From contig CM060731.1 in the NCBI GenBank assembly GCA_030704615.1, forward strand, positions 69,750,001-69,814,000: a stretch of DNA of 64,000 bases, in the 5' to 3' direction. Under the pieces are notes generated by a model that worked only from the letters and a program-made list of their open reading frames with translations, made no database searches and was not told where the DNA came from. Made by a program: the position numbers and the translations under genes. The stretch comes from Takakia lepidozioides (lineage: Eukaryota > Plantae > Bryophyta). Positions 25,413 to 35,659 of the stretch are shown piece after piece (position 1 is the first letter of the stretch; each line of letters opens with the position of its first letter).

Positions 25413-25476
25413 ATCCGGATTCGACGTGACGTCTGACGTGTCTAGGCCACGTCACGTCAAGAATGATAACTAGGCT
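25413..25476 (+). promoter_or_regulatory. TGACG/ACGT motif cluster upstream of the transposase
   Basis: GACGTGACGTCTGACGTG..CACGTCACGTCA then TGATAACTAGGC, ~200 bp upstream of the transposase ORF. Confidence 0.5.
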
Positions 25477-25680
25477 TCCAGACATATACCGGGTCCTTGG
25501 AAAAGAGAGAAGAGAATCAGCAGGATCAGTAGTTACCCTTGGTACTGCAGCATTGGTCGTGCAGCAGAAGGGCACAATTCATGTGAAACAAGAGGTGAGC
25601 ACATCCACTACATTCGTGACTCTTTCAGACTCGTCCTCGAAGATGTTTTTGAGATTCCTCTGCCAGTCCAGACTCCATTC

Positions 25681-28640
25681 TTGGATGATGACGAATTGCA
25701 GGAGCTAACGAGTGTCATTCCGAAATTGAGAGCCCTCGCAGGGGTGCCTGGGTGCAAGAGCGAACTGCGTTTTGTTGATTGGGAGTCCCTTCGGGTGCAG
25801 CGGGTTCAATATGTGCCCGCAGAATTTGACGGGGACATTTTGTTTGAGCTCAACCCTCCCATGTCTTCCAGTGGACTAGTTGGGCTTCTGCAGGGCATGG
25901 ACAAGAAACATGACAGACACCCTTGGTGCAGGACAAAAACATCGAACATCCACAACGACATTGGATTGAAATTTCGGAGTCGGTTTGAGTTGGACATTGC
26001 AAGTGCCTGAATACTTCTTGCCCTCGCCTGAGAAACAGTTCAACCAAACGAAAGTGAGTGGGAAGGGGTGCGCCTGAATCCTTTCACACCAGAGCTTGCC
26101 CCTCCCAAGACCAATACTTTTGTGTGCATGTTCTACAAACTTGCCCCATCCTGTGTTTCTGTGTGCCAAACTCGTATGTACCAGGTGGTACACCGCTGCA
26201 AGACAATGACTCGTGCCTGCATTCATATGGATACACACGAGCATCCTGTGTCGAAGGGAAGTTGTAGGGATAGCGTGGACATCGCTAGAAATCTTCTAAA
26301 GCAGGAGTTCCATAATGCCCCTTGTGCAACACTTTCTGCTATAGTGTTTGCAGCTAGCAAGACATTCATGGAAAAACACATACTGGGTGAAGGGGATGCG
26401 ACACAACCAATGCTGGATGCAGATTCGCTTGATGTAGTGATAGACCATTTTTCCGTGTTGAGCTTTCCCAATATTCGAAACCAGGTGAATGCACTCAGAA
26501 TAGGCACAGACAGTGCTGGATTCATGGACAACATTATGGACCTCAAACGGAGGAATCGCTATGAATTCATTCAAAACAATATCTTCCCTGGTCAGGGCTC
26601 GTCCAAGGTGTATTTGTTCAAGATGTCCACAGTGGGCGAAGGCAGTGGTGTGAGCATTGTCCGCCGAATGCAACCTCGAGGAGATTTGACAAAATGTTGG
26701 TTAGTGTTTGATCACTGCAAACGGGTGAAGGGTTGGACAACCATGGCGTGCCATGTGTACGATCCAGCGTACCAGCGTGTGCTCTCCATAGCAATTTGTG
26801 ATATGCAGTCGGAGGACACTGAATCCCAAATACTCATGTGGAATTCTCTCCTGACCATCATGCAGCGCAATGGAATGCAGAACACAAATTTTGCGGGGTT
26901 CATGGCTGATAGTACACAGACAAATTTCAATGCAGTGCGGCGCGTCTTTGGTTCGGGGGATCCTAAGGTGCCAATGGAAAATAGGGAGCGTACATGCCTC
27001 TTCCATTGGAGTCAATCTCTGGCACGTCATACAAAGCGCTACATTCGACCTGACCTCCAGTTGGAGCACAGAAGGCTCTGCCTCAAATACAAAAATGCCA
27101 CACTTACCAAGCAATCCGGGCTTGGTGGTTATCCTCTGGTGCTGCTACTGGGATCCACCTGAAGGAGTTGGAGGACTGGTTGGTTTTCTGGCACTTCAGG
27201 TACAGACAGTGGGGAGCTTTCATGATGACGGTAAGCCTTTCGTTCCTCACATTTGCGTGCAATGCCTCCTGCAGGACATGTCCTTGGAGGACTTGGCCGA
27301 CATGCCTTCCTGTAATTTGGCGGAGACTGTTCACAACGCCTGGATGCAGCAGTCTACTAAAGCAGGACGTGATTTGTATGTGGCCACTGCAGATGACATG
27401 GTGCGGGCACTTACACAACAAACCAGATACCGCAATTTTCTGATGGGACGAGGCGGAGGCAAGGGCCTTGATACAACTTTGTTGATGCTAAGAGTTGCGA
27501 GCAGGTCCGGAGACCCATCGAAGATGGCGAGAGCTCTGAACAGGTGCACTGAAGGCTCCCCTTTGCAATCCAGGGTCCCCCATTTGGAAGGCGATGAAAC
27601 ATTTGGATCATGCAAAATGAAATTGAACACTCCTCCAAGGTCGGATGGAGATTCCCATCGGCCGGACAGGGTCAATTTCTCTATGCCAAAAGTGTCTCCG
27701 GTGTAGACTAAGTCATGTGCCCGCCCCTTCCCAGGTGGGTCATCTTCCAGTGGAGCAGGTGCAAATCATGCAAGCACAGCAGCAGAAATCCCATTGGAGG
27801 AGGTGGTATCCTTGGTGCATGAATCTGATTGCATTGACAGTGAGTGGCATATAGAACGCACCCCACCAGGATCTAGAGTGGCTTGCATGGCAATTCGGAC
27901 CCCCTCTTTCAAGAAATGCAAATAAAAAATATGCAAAGGCTCCAGGGGGACTCTAGCTCCAACATTCACAGGGTTTTTCCGACCTTATTATAGTGGGGAG
28001 TCAAAGGACCACAAGTTTTGGTTCTACCCAGACGATATAATGACACGATGCGTCAAGGGAACAGTTCGTCCTTCGGTGATAATGAAGCCCCCTCCGCCTG
28101 CAATTTGGCCTGTGAAACTTGAGACGTCGTTGTCATCAACCGAGATAAGCATGCTGGAGGAGGGGGGGTTCCGTCTTGCACGGTCCCGGGTGGTGCCCTT
28201 AGGCACTCTGGGCACAGATGTGTCACATGCTCCGGCAATGCCTCCACCCGGTGCCAAATCGCACCCAACAAAAAGAGATGGAAAAATAGTGCGCCGTGTC
28301 GCTTCGGGTGTAAATCACGACTGCAAGTTGGAATCGGCTAGAATTTTGCAAGTTCGGGTGACTCGTATCACCGAAGTCCCGGCCCCGGGGTATGGACGGA
28401 TTTACACAGTGTTATCTACTGGCTCAGTTCTTCATGACAAAGAATATTAGGTTACCGTGGGGAATTTCCCTGCGTGCACTTGTCCGGATTTTGTATGTGT
28501 TGCGACGGTAAGAGAGACCAATTCATTCACCTAGCCACACTAGGCTATGGAGAAGTCATCACTCTTCTGCAGCGGGACACCTGCCGTGGGGCTCCGTCAG
28601 ATTCTATGTGAACAGAAACGAGCCATGCCCACTTCCCGTG
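25681..28640 (+). pseudogene. Mutator-like DDE transposase with N-terminal GCM/WRKY-like Zn finger and C-terminal SWIM (degenerate)
   Basis: N-term LGHLQCLNTSC..C..C..CIHMDTHEHP. Core VFDH (D1), GFMAD (D2), TCLFHW (CxxH) and PSCNLAETVHNAW (E). Putative intron 27231-27274. SWIM start VTVGNFPACTCPDF at ~28451. Several frameshifts. Confidence 0.85.
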
Positions 28641-28996
28641 CAGGTTTCCAGCTTATCGTGTGGAGTCTTTGCATGTAAGACAAACACATATATTTTGTTC
28701 GCGGAACCAGGGCAATTGCACATGTCATTCATTGTATGCGTCTTTCTCTGAATTGAAATAAAGTGTGACGATCATTCGGAGCTCAAATCTGCCATATGTT
28801 CATATTCCTCTTTTTGTGCAGACATTGCAGACATGGTGCATGGTGGCCCCTTTGTTTTGTCCACATTTGTCCACGTTAATAGGCCCTCTTCCTGCAATCC
28901 TCGCCTATAGGGTCTGCTTCTCCATCACATTGGTGCCGCTCACGCTTCCCTAAAACGTGAGCTCAGCTCACGCTTTGCAGCTACAACGTGAGCTCA

Positions 28997-29039
28997 GCTC
29001 CCAGGCTCACGGGGCTGGGCTCACGCTGAAGCTACGCTG
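28997..29039 (-). repeat. Right terminal inverted repeat of the giant MULE
   Basis: The reverse complement of 28997-29025 reads CGTGAGCCC-AGCCC-CGTGAGCCTG-G-GAGC. Additional GTGAGC/GCTCAC motifs at 28937-28995. Confidence 0.8.
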
Positions 29040-29948
29040 CAAGAGAATAGTCACGCTACCTTGTGGGAATGGTGACGAAGTGTTACGGGTGTTGGAAATG
29101 CCCAACCGAATGGGAGGGCGAATATACCTGCTGTCAGCAAATGAGTAGGCCGTGGAGGAGCCACACGAGCCCCAGTTTTTGCTTTACGTAAGACAAATGG
29201 AAGGAGAAGTCGATGGGGAGCCGAACACACATTGGATCAAGGGGATCCTGGAGAAATACTAGGATGTGATGCCGGAGGATTTACCAAGCGGCTTGCCACC
29301 GCGAAGAGGAGTTGACCATAAGATAGAGGTGATACCGGGATCGGAGCCGCCTGCCAAGGTGCCCTACCGGTTGAGCCACAGAGAGTTGGTCGAGCTGAAG
29401 GCCTAGCTCAAGGATCTAATGTCAAAGGGGTACACCTGGCCGAGTAAGTCACCCTACAGAGCCCCAGTGCTATTTGCAGATAAGAAGGATGGGATGCTGC
29501 GGATGTGTATCGATTACAGGGCTTTGAATAAGGTGACTATAAAAAACCGGTACCCTTTGCCAAAGATCGACGACCTCTTCGATCGGTTGGCAGAAGCAAA
29601 GTATTTCAGCCAGATCGATTTGCGCTTGGGTTATTATCAAATCCGAGTGGCGGAAAGAGATGAGGAGAAGACCGAGTGCAGGACAAGATATGGTTCATAT
29701 GAGTTCTTGGTGATGCCTTATGGGCTCACCAACGCACCCGCGACCTTTAACATGCTAATGAATAGCCTTTTCCAGGAGTGGTTGGATGACTTTGTGATCG
29801 TGTACATCGACGACATCCTGATGTACTCGAAAACAAAGGAAGAGCACCTATAGCACCTAAAAAGGGTGTTCCAGAAATTGTGGGAATGGAAGCTGTATGC
29901 CAAAGCTTCAAAGTGTAAATTCGGGGTCACAAAAGTGGAATTCCTAGG
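29040..29948 (+). mobile_element. Ty3/gypsy pol fragment: post-protease spacer and RT N-terminal part
   Basis: [66 protein letters not shown] and VYIDDIL. Ends at KVEFLG. Confidence 0.97.
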
Positions 29949-30149
29949 CGGGGAGTCCGGGCACATGGCCAAGAAGTGCGCGAAACCCCGACAATTGAAC
30001 ATGACTCGGGCGACCACGGAGCTGTCTGAAGATTCCATCAGCCGCTTGGTGGAAGCGGTGGGCGCCAAGACTTGCAAGGTAGGCAACTACTCTTGTGAGT
30101 TGTATCAGGAGACTGGCGCCTTGCGTAAAAGGAGTCAGTTAATGTGGGG

Positions 30150-30685
30150 GTGGTTCTACGAGGGGTGGTGGTAGCTTAGTGGGTCTTAGTGGGGGTGACA
30201 TAGGACTCACCATGGGGCGGAGAACTTGTGGTAGGAGTCGTGGGGAGTCTGGGACTCATCACGGTCCATTGGGGCCGTGGTGGGTGGGCCAAGACTCACC
30301 GCGACTCATTACCGGGAGTCAAGGGTCTTCATGGTGGTTCGCTATAAAATGACTGGGTTGTTTGTGAAACCCTCGCGGGCAGTTACAGAAGTATATATAG
30401 GGAGTAGTAACCCTGAGAATGGTGCCCAAAAACTAGTAAATAAGCATGCGAGCCGGAAAGCGACCAAGGTGTGGGGAGCTGTTCCGAACTGCCAACAACC
30501 AAAGGGAATTTCCACTAGGCCCAAATTGAGCGAAGGTATTGTGGAGGAGTAAAGGGGGACCGTTATGTCCCGGTGAGTAGCCGAAGCTCCGAGTTGGCCC
30601 GGCGGCCAGTTTGAGAGTTAAGGGCGCGCATCAAAGCGAGTAATTATGACGTGAAGGGGAGCTTACCGAAGTGAGGTGTGTGACA
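30150..30685 (+). mobile_element. LTR of Ty3/gypsy element (5' boundary approximate)
   Basis: Ends ..GTGTGACA at 30685, 2 bp before the PBS. Contains a TATATATA element at ~30392. Confidence 0.7.
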
Positions 30686-30687
30686 CT

Positions 30688-30699
30688 TGGTATCAGAGC
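30688..30699 (+). other. Primer-binding site (initiator tRNA-Met)
   Basis: TGGTATCAGAGC, the canonical plant iMet PBS. Confidence 0.95.
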
Positions 30700-30740
30700 T
30701 TAGAGTTCAGTACGCGATCGTCCTTGAGATCGGCCTCATC

Positions 30741-31660
30741 ATGGGGTCGGGCAAGACAAAGCGAAAGTGGAACGGCCCGAAAGATGATGATCCTGGTGAG
30801 CCCGATGGGGGCGATGTGTCACCGAAGCGACAATTGGAAGAGACGATTCATGCTTCTGAAAGCGAGGCCGCTCAAGAACGGGAAGAATTTTGGGAGTCGG
30901 AGCCCGAGGACTTCCCAGAGGCTCCAACAAATGCCTCCCATGCTAGCAGCCTTTTGGGTTGTTGGCGCAATTTGGCGGGACGTTGAAAAACGTGTTGAAG
31001 GCGGCGAATGCCACTTCCACTAAGACAAAGTTTAAGGTGAAGCCTAAGGAACCCGACACCTTTGAGGGCGTCCGAAATCGGAAGGCAGTCAACACCTGGC
31101 TCTTGGAGCTGGAGCAGTACTTCCGGGCGGCCAAGTTGAGTGACGAGGATCGGGTGGAAGTTATTTGAGGGGCTATGCTCAACAATGGTGGCAGAAATGC
31201 CTTCATGACCAAGGTCTAAACCCAGAAACCTTGAGCTGGAGTGGGTTCAAGGAACTTATGAAAAGACAGTTTGTGCCCTTCAACGCGTCCTGGCTCGCCT
31301 GGGACAAGATGAGGAATTTGAAGCAAACGGATGACATTCGGGGATATGTTCAGGCTTTCAATGTGCTGTTGCTCGAAGTCGCGGATATGGCGGAACCAGA
31401 AATGGTCTTCAACTTTGTGGCGGGATTGGCCCCATGGGCCCGGCGGAAGTTGGAGGAGAAGCCACCTAAGACTTTAAATGAGGCAATTGAAAGAGCTGAA
31501 TGTTTCTCGGATGTCCCTAGGGGCGAAAGACAAGGCCTTACGGAGCTGAACCACAAGAAGGCCCGACGGGAAGATGACTCCTTCCGACCGGAAAAGAAGT
31601 GGGATAGGCCACGCGACGACAATGGCACATGGAAATCAAAGGGAGGGCCTTCACACGTCA
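30741..31660 (+). mobile_element. Ty3/gypsy gag (degenerate)
   Basis: KPKEPDTFEG..VNTWLLELEQYF..AQQWW..WSGFKELMKRQF..LKQTDDIRGYVQAF..FVAGL (retrotransposon gag signature). Confidence 0.92.
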
Positions 31661-32010
31661 AGGATTACACAAGATGGGATTAAAATGGATAACAGAAATG
31701 TGAGGGCGATCTTGGACTGGGAGCCTCCGACTTCGGTCTCGGGAGTGCGATCCTTCCTAGGACTCGTCTCCTATTACCGAAAGTATGTGAGAAATTTCGC
31801 CAAGATCGTGGGGCCGCTGTCGGACCTTCTGTGTAAGTCCAAGGTATGGGTATGGAACACCTTTTGTGGCCAAGCTTTTGCCGAGTTGAAGCAGCGGATA
31901 ACGGAAGCTCCAGTCCTGAAAATCCCAGAGTTCGCCTGTCCATTTGAGATTCATACAGATGCGTCGGACTTCGCAATTGGGGGTGTACTCATGCAGGACG
32001 GACGTCCAAT
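31661..32010 (+). mobile_element. Ty3/gypsy RT C-terminus / RNase H N-terminus
   Basis: RITQDGIKMD..VRSFLGLVSYYRKYVRNFAKIVGPL..APVL..FEIHTDASDFAIGGVLMQDGRPI. Confidence 0.95.
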
Positions 32011-32136
32011 CAGTTGTATGCTAAGTAGTTTCAATGACTCAATATTACACGTCATAATATAATATAATTGTGCCTTATTAAACAACATTTATGGTAAAGT
32101 GATGACTATGACTGTAATTTCTACATAATTGTGTAA

Positions 32137-32139
<3 letters not shown>

Positions 32140-32170
<31 letters not shown>

Positions 32171-32172
32171 TA
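32140..32172. repeat. (TA)n microsatellite
   Basis: Directly visible TA run. Confidence 0.9.
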
Positions 32173-32483
32173 TAATTCAAATAACACGTCAAATTGTAGT
32201 CGTAAGTACAATAATTCAAATGACTTGATGTGCCATGTCATTATATCTATATACTCTATTTTAAATAAATAATTGATATATAATCATGAGTCGTTTATGG
32301 AGTCATAGATACAACGGGTTTTGCCACTCCAATGACACCTGTTGTCGGTTCCTACTGAAATAACGACTACAGTCGTAGGGTAGTGATTTATAAAGTCATA
32401 CCAGACATGAGTTGTAACATAGTGCAGTTGGAAAATGTAGGACTTCTTCTTGTGAATCTCACTGTTTAAAGCAATGTTAATGC

Positions 32484-34500
32484 AGGTAATAAGGTTATTG
32501 CCTACGAATGTAGGAAACTCAGTCCAGCTGAATAGAATTATTTTTTTCATGAAAAAAGAACTTCTGACTATAATTCATACGTTGAAGATATGAAGACATT
32601 ATTTGCTTCATATGGACTTTACGATAAAGACTGATCATGAGAGTTTGAAATATCTCAGCACACAACTCAGTTTGAGTCGACGACAAATCCGATGGGTTGA
32701 ATTCCTTCAGCAATTACATTATGATCTGCGGTATGTGAATGGAAAGGAGAATGTGCTGGCAGATGCACTCTCTAGAATGCCAATGGTCTTGATGCAGTGT
32801 CTTTAATGAGAAGCTCAATGATTGATGCAATTTGCGTGGAATGGCTTGAAGGCCCACCTGGAGCTGCTGTAGGCTAAGCCCGAGTTGGGGGGATACTCTT
32901 GAAAAAAGTTTTTGAAGTGAGGGAAGGCCGTGCCACACATTTCCCTGGGCGAGGATGTGGCACCATCAGCATTCACTACTAGCTCTGAAATGTGCTGCAG
33001 AGCCCTTCTTTGCTTCATCTTCTGAAAGAAAAATATTCGCCCTTACAAGCCCAATTAATTCCCGCCCTGCATCTGCATCTTCTCCTGGAGTAGCTGGAAG
33101 TTACCCAGATTGAGACGAGCCTCTAAGTAGGTTTCAAAGGTGTGACTATCACAGTCACCCAATTCTATCATCTTCTGACAAATCCCTAGGCAGTTTTTAA
33201 GAGCCAGGACTATTATATTGCTAATGATGTGTTTTTCAAAACACCTTATGAAAGTCTTTTTCATGACCGTCGGACCTCTGAGGGGATTGACAAGTATCGT
33301 TTAGACTTGTTGAGCGATGGGATATTGTATTATCACATGCGTATGTGCATTGCTTGCTTACAGGATTTGCGACTACATATTATTTATTACTGTCATAATA
33401 TTTCCATTGTTGGACACGAGCTGCAGGGCTTTCAAAAGACCTATATGGCTGTTTGAAAACAATATGTTTGGCAAAGAATGAAGAAATAGATTAAGGATTA
33501 CGTGGATAGATGCTTTCCATGTCAAGTCGCAAAATAAAAAAGATACGTCCTCCCGGACTATTGCAGCCACTAGACGTTCCTGGAAACTGGGAATCGATAA
33601 GTATGGATTTTATAGTGGTATTGCCACGTACCCAAAATGGACATGATAGTATCATGGTAGTTGTTGATAGACTTTCTAAGACAACACACTTGATTCCACT
33701 AAAATGACGGCCACTGCCTCTGATGTGACATCGTTATTTATGAAAGAGAATATATTTCGGATCCACTGGGTTACCTCGTGAGATTGTTTGTGATAGAGAT
33801 CCGAAGTTTACAAGTCATTTTTGCACTTCTTTGTTCAAACTTTTGGGAGCCAAAATGAGACTTAGTACTTCCTACCATCCTGCCCAAATAGAACGGACCA
33901 ACCGAACCATTGAAGATATTATGCTACCAATGTATGTTGGTCAGAAAGAAGCTTCTTGGGAGCAGTACCTATATTTGATAGAATCCGCCCCATATAAACA
34001 CGAATTTCCATAGTGCTATTGGAATGACTCCTTTTCATGCACTTTATGGACGTGAGGTGGGCGACAAGGTATTTTTGAAAGTCGCTCCCAAAAGAAGCCA
34101 ATTGAAATTGGGCAAGTATTATAAGTTGTCCCCAAAATTCTGTGGACATTTTAGAATTTTGAAATGTTATGGGTCGGTAGCATATAAGCTAGATCTGCCA
34201 GCTACTTGGAAAATCCATGACGTCTTTCATGTCAGCCTCCTTAGGAAATGGTAGACCCCAATCACATTCTACCTGAGTTACCCAACTTGGTTGTAGTTAG
34301 CAGAAGGTCAGTTGAATATATTTTGGGACAAGAACGAAGCACCTTTGAACTCGTTCATGTCATGAACATCTTGTCAAATGGTAGCACTATCTTATAGAGT
34401 CTGAAGCTATTTGGGAAAATGAGAGTGACCTGCAGTTGGATTTTTCCCATTTCTCTACAATCATTGCGGATAAAGATCAATTTTCTTAGTGGGGGGAGTT
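32484..34500 (+). mobile_element. Degenerate chromovirus pol: RNase H, integrase, SH3-like domain, chromodomain, PPT
   Basis: TDHESLKYL..ENVLADALSR; [32 protein letters not shown]; KLSPKFCGHFRI..IHDVFHVSLL; EHLVKW..AIWENESDL. PPT AGTGGGGGGAG followed by TGTTA at 34501. Confidence 0.9.
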
Positions 34501-35659
34501 TGTTATGGCACTCTTGCTAATTTGAACAGGACTAGGTGAAAGGCCATGGGACTGCGGTTGAGTGACAGGTGGGGATACCTGCTACAGTGTCTGCATGTGA
34601 GGACCATGGAGGGCAAGTACTGCCAGGTTCAGGTGGCTGGTAAGACTAGTCAAGCTATCATCTATGAGAGTCAAAAGTTGTCATGTAGGAAATTCCTGAG
34701 GACATTCCTGAGGACATTCCTGAGGACATTCCACAGGACTTTCCATGAAATAAAAGACCTATAACATAGGAAGGAGCATTAGCCCTTTACGCCCTAAATG
34801 TGTACAAACTGTTACTACCAGTTTTGATCAGGAAACACACTGATGCATGCAGTTTGTCAGATAAGGTCGGGTCACCGCGGTGATAGGAAGCATTCGCTAT
34901 GCCCTGCCAATGAGCAAGGAGATAAGATGGAGACCCCTCAAGACATTTTTAGCGATCTAGATCATACTATGGAAATGCAGAGCACAAGCAAATTTCAAAA
35001 ATTTCGATTGAAAATCAAGAGAAAATTGGACAAGTAGAAGAAGAGGAAACAATAATATTATGGTACTCAACTCTCACAGACAACAAGAATTAATTAGAAA
35101 CCAGTCCTACATGACCCCACAAACCCACCTCAGTGCCTCTTTCATAGGAGATCGAGCATTCAGTACCATAATGTCTGAGATGCTAATGGTAATAATTACA
35201 ATCAATGGAAGAGTAGCAACAAGTCACGATGAACTGTAGTTGCAGCAGTGTGAGGAAGTCTTGGATAAGGAAGTCTTGGGGGGCCGGTCACTTGTTACAC
35301 ACCAAAACCTGAGGAACAATCAGTATAAGATACAATCCTAACTGCTGAATTATTAAGACCTACTTTAAATGAACATGCCTAACACCCTAGTGGATGCTTT
35401 AGTACAGTTGCAACAATATTAGTTGGGAGCAATATTCTTTGGTTTGGGCCGATTGAGTCCACCATACATGATTCATGGAAATAGGGACATAATCTTCACT
35501 TGAGTAGACACAAAATGCACATCTCTGAAGCACCCATGAGTCAATATAAAACAACCGCAAATCTTAGACTAGATGAACAACATTTTTACTACTTCAAAAG
35601 AAGGTTTGATGCCACGATGAAATCATGGATCTCATGGATCAGTTATTATTGGAATTCAA

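Larger units (their letters stand above)
7356..29039. mobile_element. Giant (~21.7 kb) Mutator-like DNA transposon with cargo genes
   Basis: 9-bp TSD CAAGATAAT (7347-7355) / CAAGAGAAT (29040-29048). Inverted terminal motifs start 14 bp inside each end. MULE-type DDE transposase inside. The empty site restores the gypsy pol frame. Confidence 0.85.

Noticed and set aside
29045-29056. GAATAGTCACGC as the true right TIR tip (resembles left GGGTGCTATTC; also GTGACTATTC at 12597)
   Set aside because: It overlaps the TSD and translates in frame as host gypsy RIVT, so it is better explained as flank. The match is short.
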